Shown: piece after piece, positions 49,935 to 64,000 of the stretch
How the letters are laid out: every line of letters begins with the position of its first letter
Numbering within the stretch: position 1 is the stretch's first letter
Assembly: GCF_009914755.1 (NCBI RefSeq)
Contig: NC_060926.1
Direction: 5' to 3' (one strand)
From: the human T2T-CHM13v2.0 reference genome, Homo sapiens
DNA length: 64,000 nucleotides
Notes under the pieces: model-generated
Told to the model about the DNA's origin: nothing
Database searches by the model: none
What the model saw: only the letters and a program-made list of their open reading frames with translations
Translations under genes and position numbers: made by a program

Positions 49935-50319
49935 ATAGGGAAGGAAGGCCATCCTGGCCAAACAATGTAGCAATAACTCGTTTTCTATCAACTGTGGATC
50001 CCGGGAGCCACGGCACCAGGAGTGTTGCTAGTCTGCAGCCCCAATACTCAAAGGGTGGTCCCTGAACCAGGACCAGCAGCATGAGCGTCCCTGAGAGCCT
50101 GTTAGAGCCTCGGGCCCACCCCAGGCTATCCGCATCTGCATTTTTACAAGAGCCTAGGCGGTTTATATGCACATTAAGCATTAGAAGCCTACTCCAATCC
50201 GAGCTGGCCTCTTGGCTGCAAGAAGTTTGAAGCTGACGTGTGCAGCGTGTACACTTTCTCTCCTGAGTTGTGAACTGAGCCTCAGGAGAAGCCACAATGA
50301 AGGGGTGTTCTCTCTGGCT
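49935..50319 (-). pseudogene. RME-8-like pseudo-exon split by MER5A
   Basis: Acceptor ttggtctttattcag; ..SVHAAHVSFKLLAAKRPARIG [MER5A] RLATLLVPW vs [24 protein letters not shown]. Confidence 0.55.
50036..50192. mobile_element. MER5A-type hAT-Charlie MITE
   Basis: tactcaaagggtggtcc..accagcagcat..tctgcatttttacaag..atgcacattaa. Confidence 0.8.
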
Positions 50320-50899
50320 CTGAATAAAGACCAAGGAAGGGGCCTGGCAGCCAGTGTGCTGCCAACTCTGCCCCTACCCTGCCATCCTGGCCCGACCCCC
50401 GCCATCCTGCTCCCGCTCCTTGCTTTTGCCCCCACGGTCCTCTCCGTCTACCATGCTGTTGTTTCCTCTTCCAGAAGATCCAGTACTTTGCTTCCTTCCA
50501 CACTCAGTCTCGGGCTCACCAAGGCAGGAGGCCTTCTTGGGCAGACCCGGAAGATAAAGCTGTTCCCTCTGCTCCCACTGTAATGACAGTCACAGTGAGA
50601 ATCGCCACCGACAGGCAGCATGTTTTCCACATTCCCAGGCTGCTTTGCTGATTTTTCTCACTCAACTCTCACAGCTGAACCAAATGAAGCCCTATTATTA
50701 TACCCATTTTACAGAGGCAATCATCAAGACTTAAAGGGTGAATCTGTCCTTCGTTCAACAAATGTTTAGGTGTTTCCAAGTATGTTCCAGTTTAGGGGAC
50801 CAGCTAATTGAGGAGCCCCACCCCCATCCAGGCTGCAGCTCCCAGATGGTGGACCGCAGAGGCTGGAGCAGGCCATGTGCAGAGGAGGGGGCAGGAGCC

Positions 50900-51033
50900 C
50901 AAGAAGCGTCAGTTGCCTCGCCAGAGATAAGGTTGCTTTGTTCTCCAGGCTGCTTCCTGCACTGGGGAATTCCATTCTGGCCTGCAGGCAGGTGGCTGCC
51001 TCCTCAGTTCTTGCACAATCGGCTCTGAAACAT
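50900..51033 (-). pseudogene. RME-8-like pseudo-exon
   Basis: Acceptor ctgtcattctag; TEEAATCLQA vs NAELESQFQA. Confidence 0.4.
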
Positions 51034-51527
51034 CTAGAATGACAGTTATTATGTATTTATGAACTCAGGATCTTTATGGTTTCACAAACTAGGTCTCCCC
51101 CTGAAAGAACCACCCATCCCCAGCTCTCAGTCTTAGCCCCCCAAAGGGCCCGCTCTGCCCTCAGTCTGTCATTGCCTGAAGCTGGGCAGGGTGCAAGCGT
51201 TCCCCACTGGAGACCTGCAGGGTGGCCCTGGACAGAGAGATAGGAATGCCAAGGGACGCCCCTAGCCCTGGGACCCGCAGGCCTGGGGTGGAGAGAGAAG
51301 ACACCTCTTATCCTCCTATCATCTGGGCCTCCTAAGCCAAGTGGCTTTACCCGTTTGGAACTCAGTTTTGCAGGCTGTAAATGCGGACAATGGTCCCAGC
51401 ACTGCCTACCTACCGTGCTAGGGGATTCTGAAGAATGAAAATTCTAAAGTGCTGAACACACGGCAGGGCAGTTATCCTGATTCCTGTGGGGCAGGGACAG
51501 CCCCCCGCCACCCTCGCTAGAGAAAAC

Positions 51528-51875
51528 CACTTCCAGTTTTTATCTTGTAGATTATATAGGCAGCCATTGCTTAGGGAACAATTTACATTATACTGATCAC
51601 AATTTCCACTTTTGAAAAATCTTGCTCCTTGTAGAATTTTCTACTTTCTTGTTATTAAGAACAGGCCCTAGCTTGCAAGTGGGAGCTCAATGTAATCTTT
51701 AGGGATGTAGTTTGAAAGCTAGAAATGTATGGTAATGAAAAGACCTTTATTACTAACATTTCTGCAGGAAAAATAACTTTATTTTTGCTGGTCTGACACT
51801 CTCACAAAAACAGTTACTTGTAGAATATGATTTCTGAGATTTCATATTAACATCTTGCTCCTGATTTTGCAGAAC
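51528..51875 (-). pseudogene. RME-8-like pseudo-exon(s)
   Basis: RNHILQ..CESVRPA vs ERDSLLASLLDGVRAS; YNVNCSLSNG (51563-51592) vs FNANISYSG; acceptor catacatttctag before 51718. Confidence 0.7.
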
Positions 51876-52165
51876 AGCCTTCTTGGCACCCCTCCCAGCA
51901 GCCCCATGAGGTAGCTACTGTCTCCATTCTCCTGCTAAGAAAGCCGAGGCCCAGACAGGAGATGTAACTTAGCCAAGATTGCATAGTTGGTAGAAAGGAA
52001 GGAATTTGAAGGCAGGACCGTGGGTCTCCAGAGTGATATTTTCCACTGCAATGCTCAACCCATTCTCTTCTGTAGAGAAGGATCCCTTCACGGCTTCACC
52101 CCGATAAATACCAGATGACACAGACAAGCAGAGGTGAGAGAATTCTGTCAACTGTGAAGTCCTAC

Positions 52166-52306
52166 ATGTAGGTCAGAGCTTTTTATATCAAAGCTCTAAT
52201 TTATTACGAGTCATTTAGAGCTTGTTATTTCCTTCACCAACAGAGCCTTGCTTTTACAGAAGGAACCACCGCAGGGTTCCTTGAATAATGAGTGTTTAAG
52301 ATATTA
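52166..52306 (-). pseudogene. RME-8-like pseudo-exon
   Basis: Acceptor gttgtgtttag, donor gtagga; LRWFLL/SKALLVKEITSSK vs recalled KRVLALTETCLVERDPATY. Confidence 0.5.
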
Positions 52307-52506
52307 CTAAACACAACTTTCCAGAAGCACAATCTGCCGGAGGGAAGTGAGGGGCACTTTGGGCAGGGAAGTGAAATCTCTGGAACAGTGGATTCTGCAC
52401 AAGCAGAGGAGACCTACTGAGACCTACTCAAAAGGACAAATGCTTTTGGTTACCCCAGCCTGTTTACAACCCTGCAGCACCAGCTCATTTTTAAAAATCT
52501 GTATCT

Positions 52507-52846
<340 letters not shown>

Positions 52847-52974
52847 TTATTTATCATCACTTATAGTAAATTGTGTTTATGGTAGGGTCTAACAGAGTTA
52901 TTATTCCAAGGACACTCAAAAAGTTTTCATAACCTGCCCAAGGTCCTATCTGCAAGCATCTCTTAATAGTCAAT

Positions 52975-53575
52975 GCACAACAATATGGTCTAGCAATTCT
53001 ACTTCTTGTGTATACACACAACAGAATGGAAAGTAGGGACTGAAACAAATATTTACACACCTATGTGCATAGCAGCATTATTCACAGTAGCCAAAAGCTG
53101 TAAGTAACTCAAATGTCCATTAACAGATGAATAGATAAACAAAATATGGTACGTACATGCAATAGAATATTGTTCAGCCTTTCAAAAGGAATTACATGCT
53201 AATTACATGCTGACACATGCTATAACATGAATGAACCTTGAAGACATTATGACAAGTAAAAGAAGCTACACACACACACACACAAAGGCAAATACTATAT
53301 GATTCCACTAATATGATGTACCTAGAGGAGGCAAATTCATAGAGACAGAAAGTCAAAAATGTTGGTTGCCAGTGGCTTGGGAGAGGGGAGAATGGGAAGT
53401 TGTTTTTTAAATGGGTATGGAGTTTCTGTTTGAGAAAATAAAAAAGTTCTGGAGATGGATGGTGGTGATGGTTGCATAACGATGTGAATGCACTTAATGT
53501 CACTCAACTGTACACCTAGAAATAGAGAAAATGATAAATCTTACGTTATCTGTGTATTACCACGATGCAAAAGCA
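52975..53575 (+). mobile_element. L1MB 3' end
   Basis: ctagcaattctacttc...gttctggagatggatggtggtgatggttgcataac. Confidence 0.85.
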
Positions 53576-53759
53576 AAGTCAATGTATAATCTGAATAATA
53601 ATGGTGGTTGCTACAGGTACTCAGTTCAACCATTTGAGGATTTTTATTACCCTCCCAACTTTACAGATGAAGAAACTGATGTTCAGAGTGGTTAAGTGAC
53701 TGCTCCCAAGTCAAAAAGCCAGAATCAAAGCTGGGATGCAAGCCAAGGCTTTCTGACAG

Positions 53760-53902
53760 GTCTCTCTCTGCTTCTGCATGCTGCTTCTTGTCTGAATGCC
53801 TTAGTGGCCTCTGCATGGCCTTTGGTGAAAGGATTTTGTTTCTTTTGCAGAAAACAATCATTGAAAGGCATTTAGCCTTGGATCATTAGTTAGGAGCTGC
53901 CT
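53760..53902 (-). pseudogene. RME-8-like pseudo-exon
   Basis: Acceptor tttgtgccag; LLTNDPRLNAF/IVFCKRNKIL; weak match. Confidence 0.35.
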
Positions 53903-54042
53903 CTGGCACAAATTTAGTGCGGCCTCAGCTTAGGCCCTCCCCAGTCTGCACCTCAGCTTCCCCATCGGGCAATGAGGTGGCTGCATTGGTGGTCGGCTTC
54001 CAAGGGCACATCCAATCCCCACATTCCATCACTCTTTCATAC

Positions 54043-54717
54043 CACATAGCCTCTCAAACAGAACTGCCTTTAGAAAGAAGCAAAATTCATACGTCAATTA
54101 TAATTCCCAGTTCTTCTTAGTTCCAATTTCTGCCTGTTGCCTCGTATCATGACAATTTCACCCTCTTGAATTTGCAGAAGTGTGCTCATTTGGTTGATAT
54201 GCTCACCCTACAAATTCCCCAACCACGTTTTGTTTCGGCAACAGTTGGCTTCAGACCTCATAGTCAGAACTGCCTCTCGTAAATTCTTTATGACTGTTTG
54301 GTTTGAAACCTGCAAGGTAAAATCGTCTGAAGGTTATCAAGATTGATACTGCAGGCTTTGTTTTGAAGTCACTCAGTGGGGACAGTTATATGTATCTTAT
54401 TTTAAAACTTGCAAAGCAAGATCCCTAATGATTTGTTTGTCTCTGCTTCAAAGCTTTACATATTTCTTTTGTCTATTGTCTGATAGGGATTCGTCTGTGA
54501 TTTAAAACAAACAAACAAACAAACAATTTAGTTGAATTTTTTTTTTAATTCTAAGTGTAGGACCAGCACATGAAAAGTGGCTGACCCAGCAGGATGGGAT
54601 AAAAGAATAACTCTTACAGAGTGTTTAGGACTTGATCCGTAGAAAGACCACACTTTTATTCAAGTGCAGTGAGTAAAAAAATGGTCCCGTTATATTATCT
54701 GGCAATTTATTGTCATT
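54043..54717 (-). pseudogene. RME-8-like pseudo-exons, N-terminal region
   Basis: Acceptor ttttaaatcacag before 54494; IDKRNM*SFEAETNKSLG and RFQTKQS*..LREAVLTM vs recalled VGTHAITTYNPNTLEVTN and KFSTEHRTELLTEALRF; TLLQIQEGEIVMI vs VILEVTPGGFDQI. Confidence 0.5.
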
Positions 54718-56939
54718 CTGAGAAGGCTATAGGTTTTTTTTATTTGATAAAAAAGTAATACATATTCAGACCTAGAAAATGTGAAAAATGTAGAAAAGTA
54801 CAAAAAGACAATAATCCCATTACCTGAGATACTTACTATTAAATTTTGATATACACTTCTAGTTATTTTTGCATTCATGTATATATTATTTATCCAAAAA
54901 TAGGATTATGTGTTACATTCTCTTCTGTAATCTACTTTTTTCATTTATATGTAAAACTTTTTTCTATTTTATTAAATACATTCTATAAAGTCACTCTAAT
55001 ATTAATAGCTACACAGTAGTCTATTGCATGGATGTATCAACATTTACTTAATTCCACCCCTACTATTAGATGTTTCTTTCCAATTTTTTTGCTTAAACAA
55101 AAAACAAAAAGGACTGAGATTATCATTACTTTGGCTAAAATTCTATGCACGTCTCAATTATTTTTGGAAAATAAATTTCTACAAATGCATTGCTAGGTTA
55201 AAAATACACGGTTCTAAAGCTTTTAATAGATATTGTTATCATAGTTGTGAAAACTCTAAAACTTCCAAAATAAACACAAAGCAAGAGAAATGGAAAGGGT
55301 AATCATATATTTCTAGACCTCTTCCACATAATCTTCTTCCTCTGTGTCTCATCGTGATACTTTCCAAACCCAAACTGGCCAGCCTGCTCTAATATCTGCG
55401 GTGTCCTCAGATAGTTAAGCTGTAGAGGGGAAGAACTCAGGACTAGGAGATTGGACACTTGGCTTCCAATCCTGAATCAAGCTTCACCAATCTGGCCATA
55501 AACAAGATATCTGGCCTTTAAAGTTTCTCCATTTGTGAAACCATGTCACCATGGTTTCATCTGATGTCAGCCAGATAATTACAAAAGGCCCTTCCTGAGC
55601 TTATATTGGAAATGAAAGAAAACGGATGAAAATGCAGGTAAAATATTAACATGGTGCTTCTGATTTTCGTTCCCCATGCTTGCTTTTCCAATCATTTCAA
55701 CCTCCCCATGTGCTTCCCCCAGTGCTTGGCTGCATTTACCTTCTCTTATTTCAGTCTAAAACTCACTCTTGGGCAGGCTTCAGCTGGGTGGCCAACGATT
55801 ACCAAGCCTTTTTGAGTCATTAGGAATTAGAAGTAATCTTTCCCCAATGTGCTCCTTTGCAGTTTATCCAGAGCCTTTGAAATGCAAATCACTCCAACCT
55901 GCAGCTGGGGAAACTGGACTCTTTAGGGCCTCCAACTGATCTCCACAGCCTGTGCCCAGCAAGCCCCAAGCAGGCAGGATCCTGTGGCCTGCTTCCGAAG
56001 ATCAAAGGGGCATTGTTCATCTAAAGTTCACCACCAGAAAACCTAGATTAGCAAGTAGTTCCACCTCCATCAGTCTTTAATATCAAACGGCTGTTAACAC
56101 AGGCAGGACACAAGGCCTCTGGCCACAGGCTCTGAGCAACTCAAGAAGAGAAGCTACTAAGATATCTCACAAGAGGAAAAAGTAGCAGGTGAAGTTTCTG
56201 TTCTGATCTCTCTTGGTATGGAATACAATCAGTGGTTAAGAATGGCAGCTCCGGAGCTGGGCACGCTGGGCTGTTCTCTGGTCTTGCACAGAGGAGGTAC
56301 TAATACAAGCATTTGGAATAAACTAAATGAATTTCTATAGCTAAGTCTAGGGGGCATATACTCTTCTTTGTTGGCACATTTGTAGTCTCCTCCTTGCTCT
56401 TCTTTGAACTAGTCCTGACTGGGCAATGGAAGTCAGCAAGCTCTGGCCAGCAGGGAGTGGACTCTGGGCTTCTTGACTATCACATGTTTCCACAATGCAC
56501 AGTTTGATTACCTGGGCCCCTGCCTTGTCTTTCCAATAAATGCCCCATGGACACGCACATTCTCTCTACTCCCTCCTGGAATCCCACCAACGTGATCGTA
56601 AAGGAATGCAAGAGGCACAAACTACGAGGGAAGAGAGAATAAGAGAGGAGATGACAGTGGACAAGAGATATCTACAAAATTCTAGAAGCTGCAAAACAGA
56701 TGAATTAGTAGTAACTGACTTAGTGGAGAGAAGAATAACCTTTCTTCAGTAGGCTAAACAAACTAGGAGACAGCAGCTAGTAAGAGATGCCAAAAAAGTT
56801 CTAAAAATGTGAAAACAGAGAGATGAATGGTATCTGACTGAGAAGAGAGAAGAAAAGTGAATCTGACTTCCTTCAGTAGGACCAGCTAGATATAATTTCC
56901 TAGAGCTAAAGAATATATGTATAATTTCCCAGAGCTAAA

Positions 56940-56941
<2 letters not shown>

Positions 56942-56996
<55 letters not shown>

Positions 56997-57245
56997 AGAG
57001 ACAGGGTCTTGCTCTGTTGCCCAGGCTGAAGTGCAGTGATGCAATCACAGCTCACTGCACCCTTGACCCTCTCCGCTCAAGCAATTTTCCCACCTCAGCC
57101 TCCCAAGTAGCTGGGACTACAGGTGTGGATCGCCATGCCTGGCTAATTTTTGGTACTTTTTTGTAGAGATGGCATTTCACCATGTTGCCCAGAATGGTCT
57201 CAAACTCCTGAGCTCAAGCATTCCACCCACCTCGGTCTCCTAAAG
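56942..57245 (-). mobile_element. AluJ with a (TA)n tail (56942-56992)
   Basis: Direct. Confidence 0.9.
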
Positions 57246-58738
57246 ACGACATTTTTAAATAGAAAAGGTTCTCCAAATGCCCAACATAATGTTGGACATT
57301 TGAAAAAAAAAAGTACATTGATATAAAATTTGATAATAGTAAGTATGAAAAAGATATCCTGAAAGGTTTTTTCTGGGGTTTTTTTGTGTTTGTTTGTTTT
57401 GTTTTTGTTTTTTTTTTCAGAAGGGGAAGGAATCAATCAGAAAACTAGAAGCTAAAAACACATGGATGTACTTTCTTAAACATTCTGAGGGAAAATAATT
57501 TTCAAATGTAGAATATTATACCCAGCCAAATTATCAATCAAATGTAAATTGAGAAAAAAACCTCAGACTTGAAAGATCTCAAAAGCTTATGTCCATAAAT
57601 TCTTCCTCAGGAAGTTGCTGCAGAAAATACTCCATCAAAATGAGAGTTAAGACAGAAAAAGACATGGGACATGGCAAAGATTTACCCTAGGAACTAGATT
57701 TACCCTCCCACCTGAAACAAATATAGAACCAGACCAAATGTAAGAAACAACAGCTCTGAAGACATTAGACATTGGGTAACAAAGACCAGTGAAACAAATA
57801 GAGCCTTACAGGCAGGGAGAACACATCCAGACAGAAGCCAAGGGCTTCTTTGAGTTTGAGGAGATGAAGCGGCACATCTGGGGAAATGTCCTGGAAAAAC
57901 CAAGGGAGCCAACATTCATAGAATTGAATACCCGTGTACAGAGCGCTGCACAGAAAGGGAACTTCAAAGATCTGAAGAGAGTTCCTTTAAGAATTCAATT
58001 GAGTACTTACCAGTGCGTACAGGTGAGGAAACTCCCCAAGGTCAGGGAAAGAAAGCACTAGAGGGAACTGTGCTGGGGCCAATGCCTGCTCCATCAGATT
58101 GGAACAGCTCAAAATTCATAAAGCATTAGCTAGAGTACCAAGGAGGATCTTGCCCCAGTCAGGGAGAAAAGTTGACCCTAGACTAACCATTGCTTTGTTC
58201 CAGCCTAATAAAGATTAAAAGCAAGAACCAAAAGGAGCACATTGTTTCTGTGTAATTTAACCTCATCCCAGAACAAAGTTCAACAATATTTTTAAAGGTC
58301 GGGCATGGCGGCTCATGCCTATAATCCTAGCACTTTGAGAAGCCAAAGCGGATGATCACTTGAGCTCAGGAGTTCGAGACCAGCCTGGGCAACATAGTGA
58401 GACTTTGTCTCTAAAAAAAAAAAAAAAAGAAAGACAGAAATATTATTAGGAATGAAAATATATCCAGCACCCAACACTAATAAAATTCATAATATTTGGG
58501 ATCCAATTTAAAGGAAAATGAAACCCATACTGAAGAGAAAACTCATTTATGGAAACTCACCCAGAAATAGCACAAATGATAGAAATAGTAGACAAAGACA
58601 TTAAAATCATTATAGGGCCAGGCACGGTGGCTCATGCCTGTAATCCCAGCGCTTTGAGAGGCCTATGCAGGCAGCAGATTGCTTGAGCTCAAGAGTTTGA
58701 GACCAACCTGGGAAAATGGCTAAGCCCTGTCTCTATTA

Positions 58739-58954
<216 letters not shown>

Positions 58955-60728
58955 TTAGACAAAAGATTGAACAAGTTTAGTAGAGAGACAAAAGATATAA
59001 CTAAGATCCAAACAGAATCTCCAAAGAGAAAAACTTTTTATATCTGATACGAAAAGTACATTGGAAGGGAATAATGGCGGATTGTATATTACAGAAAAAA
59101 AAGATTAGCAAACTTGAAGATGCATCAATAAAAAGTATTCAAAATGAAACACAGGAAAAAAAAAGACTGAAACACAAATAAACAGAGCATTAGTGAAGTG
59201 TAGGACAACTTCAAGCAATCAAACATAAGTGAGGGCTACTGTAAAACATACTTCACCAGCAAATGATCCACAGCTCCTGCTACACATGTCGTCATGTAAA
59301 CCCCTCATCGAATGTGAGCTGTGCTTAGTGAGTGACTTCCAGAGAACAGGAAAAGGGAAATGTGATGGTGAGTGACTTGGACACCAGCGTTCCCAAAGAA
59401 AGGGAAAGTGGGGGACAGAAAAATATTTGAAGCCAGGTGAGGTGGCTCACGCCTGTAATCCCAGCACTTTGGGAAGCTGAAGCGTGCAGATCACCTGAGG
59501 TCAGGATTCGAGACCAGCTTGGCCAACATGGTGAAACCCTGTCTCTACTAATGACACAAAAATTAGCTGGGCGTGGTGGCCTGTGCCTGTAATCGCAGCT
59601 GCTTGGGAGGCTGAGGTATGAGAATTGCTTGAACCCCAGAGGAAGATGTTACAATGAGCTGAGATTGCACCACTGCATTCCAGCCTGGGGGACAGAGTGA
59701 AATTGTGTCTCAAAAAGAAAAAGTATATATACATATTTTTTTTTAAAGAAATAACACCATCAACCTTCCAGATTTGATAAAAATTATAAACCCACAGATT
59801 TAAGAAGCTAAAACAAACATGGAAAAAAAAAAAAAAAACCTATACCAAGCCATAGTATCATCAAATTGTTTAAAACTAGTGATGAAAAGAAAAATCCTGA
59901 AATTAGCCAGGGATGGGGGAAGGGCACATTGTATACAACAGAAAAAAGACATGTGAATATAGCAAATTCCTCATTAAAAACAATGTAAGCTTAAAGACAG
60001 TGAAGCAACATCTTTAAAGCATTGAAAGAAAGGAAAAACTGTCAACACAGAATTCCACATGCAGTGAAATTATCTTTCTAAAAACAAGGATAAAATAAAG
60101 ACTTTTTCAGACATAAAAAAGCTGAAATAATTCATCACCAGCAGACCTGCACTATAAGAATCGTTAAAGGAAATACTTCAAGCAGAAGGAAAACGATACC
60201 AAATGGAAATCTGGATTTACACAAAAAAATGAGAAGCACTAGATATGGTACATACATGGATAAATATAAAGGCTAATATTATTATTTTTGTTATTGACAT
60301 TTTTAAAAGGTAAAAGTGATTGACGCAAAAATATTAACAATGTATTTTGATGTTTGTTGTTAACATATATACAGGTAAAATATATGAGAATAATATCACA
60401 AAGTCCTAGAGGGAAAAAATAGAAGTATATTGTTGTAAGGTTCTGATACATGAAGTAGTATAATATCCCTTGAAGACAGCTGTAGAAGTTAAAGATATAT
60501 ACTATAGACTGTAAAGCAACCTCTAAAATAACATCACAAACAGTTATAGCCACCAGGCTAACAAAGTTGTTACAAAGGAATCATAAACAATATTCAATGA
60601 ATTAAAAATAATGTGTAAAGAGGGGGAAAATGAAACAAAGAACAGGTGGTAGAAATAAAAAAATAAGATAATAGATTTGAACATAAACATATCAATAATT
60701 ATATTAAATGTAAATGGTCTAAATATCT

Positions 60729-60911
60729 TGTGGTTGCCAGCCTCCAAGATGGCCAGCATTGAGGCCCATCTTCTGGTATTTCCACCGCCATATTAGCTTC
60801 TTCCATAGAGCATGGACTGAGCTTTGTGACTTACTAAGCAAAGGATAAGGCAGGTGGGATGATGTGTAATTGGTGACTAGGCCATAAAGGGCAGGGCAGC
60901 ATTGCATTCTC

Positions 60912-60943
<32 letters not shown>

Positions 60944-61334
60944 GCTCTCTCTCTAAGGGCAGAGCAGCATTGCATTCTCTCTCTCTCTCTCCCTTTTTCG
61001 TCTCTTTCTCTCTATCTCTTCCTCTTTCTCCCAGTATCAGTATCAGCTATGGGGAAAGCCATGCTGAGAACAGTCCCATGGAGAGGCCCACATGGTAAGA
61101 AACTATAGCTTCCTGCAAACAGCCTCCTGGATGAGCTCAGAAGTGGGTTCTTCAGCCCCAGTCAAATCCTCAGAGTCTGCAGCCCCATCTTGATCGTAAC
61201 CTTAGGAGAGAGATCTGCCCAGATAAGTTGCTTCAGATTTTGGACCCTCAAAACCTGAAAGATGAAAAAATGTTTGGTTCTTAAGCTATTATGTATTGCG
61301 GTAATTTGTTACACAGTAGTAGATAACTAACATA
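60729..61334 (+). mobile_element. MLT1 (E/F-like) solo LTR
   Basis: tgtggttgccagcctccaagatggcc...gtaatttgttacacagtagtagataactaa. Confidence 0.8.
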
Positions 61335-61384
61335 CACCTTAATTAAAAAGCAGATATTGTCAGACTAGGTTAAAAAGTAAGACC

Positions 61385-62730
<1,346 letters not shown>

Positions 62731-62905
62731 AACCAAGACCCAATGACAGACTGCCTATGAGAAACCTATTTTAATATATAGATACAAATAAGATAAAAGC
62801 AAAAAAAGGGAAGTACATATGCTATGCTAACTGTAATCAAAAGTAAATGAAATGGTTATATTAATATTAATACAAAACCATGTAGATTTCAGGCAAAGAA
62901 TATTA

Positions 62906-63415
<510 letters not shown>

Positions 63416-63728
63416 TGGGAAGAGAAATAATTAAATTAAATTAAATAATAAATTAAGCAAAAACTAATAGAATTGCAAGGAGAAATAGCCAAGTCCACAA
63501 TTATGGTCTGAGAACTTGCTGACCCTCTCTCAATAATTATAAAACAAGAAAACATATAATTAGTGTGAATACAGATGACTTGAAAACACTATCAACCAAA
63601 CTGACTTAATAGACATTCATAGAACACTCCACCCAGTAACAGCAGAATATACACGCTTTTCAAGTGCACATGAACATTTATCAAGATAGACCATAATCTA
63701 GGCCATAAAACAAGTAAGTCTCAGTATA

Positions 63729-64000
63729 CTTTTTTTTTTTTTTTTTGTGAGGGAGTCTCGCTCTGTCACCCAGGCTGGGGTGCAGTGGTACCATCTCGGC
63801 TCACTGCAACCTCTGCCTCCCAGATTCAAGAGATTTTCCTGCCTTAGGCTCCCAAATAGCTGAGATTATAGGCACCTGCCATCATGCCTGGTTAATTTTT
63901 GTATTTTCAGTAGAGACAGGGTTTCACCATTTTGGCCAGGCTGGTCTTGAACTCCTGACCTCAGGTGATTCGCCTGCCTCGGCCTTCCAAAGTGCTGGGA
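63729..64000 (-). mobile_element. AluS (runs off the window)
   Basis: Antisense Alu with polyT. Confidence 0.93.

Noticed and set aside
49624-50334. Longest ORF (236 aa, minus strand) as a real CDS
   Set aside because: It runs through MER5A and (GA)/(CA) microsatellites; only short parts correspond to pseudo-exon frames.
51719-51757. Literal intron calls of 39 nt (here) and 49 nt (54208-54256)
   Set aside because: Too short for mammalian introns; the boundaries are uncertain or shortened by deletion, so the blocks were merged.

Overview
Primate (human-like) genomic DNA, heavily filled with interspersed repeats: about 35 Alus, L1PA/L1MA/L1MB/L1MC/L1ME fragments, THE1 and MLT1 LTRs, Tigger2a, MER5A, Zaphod/MER115, MIR and L2. 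No intact protein-coding gene is evident. There is a full-length RPLP1 processed pseudogene (29.4-29.9 kb) and a U13/SNORD13 snoRNA copy (63.3 kb). The main observation concerns the unique sequence between the repeats. On the minus strand, from about 54.7 kb down to about 8.4 kb, about 30 islands mostly begin with a polypyrimidine-AG acceptor. Translated by hand through stops and frameshifts, they give peptides that line up in the correct N-to-C order with motifs of DNAJC13/RME-8 as I recall them. I interpret this as a heavily decayed, intron-containing ancient paralog of RME-8 (a probable unitary pseudogene) that apparently lacks the J domain. This rests on manual alignment from memory and needs a profile search. 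Secondary observations: a TAAT-rich block overlapping one pseudo-exon (possible exapted enhancer), an Alu-L1-Alu cassette copied 54 kb away, short templated insertions, a fold-back inversion inside an L1, and a perfect RFX X-box palindrome. Repeat subfamily names are from recalled consensus sequences and most boundaries are approximate.
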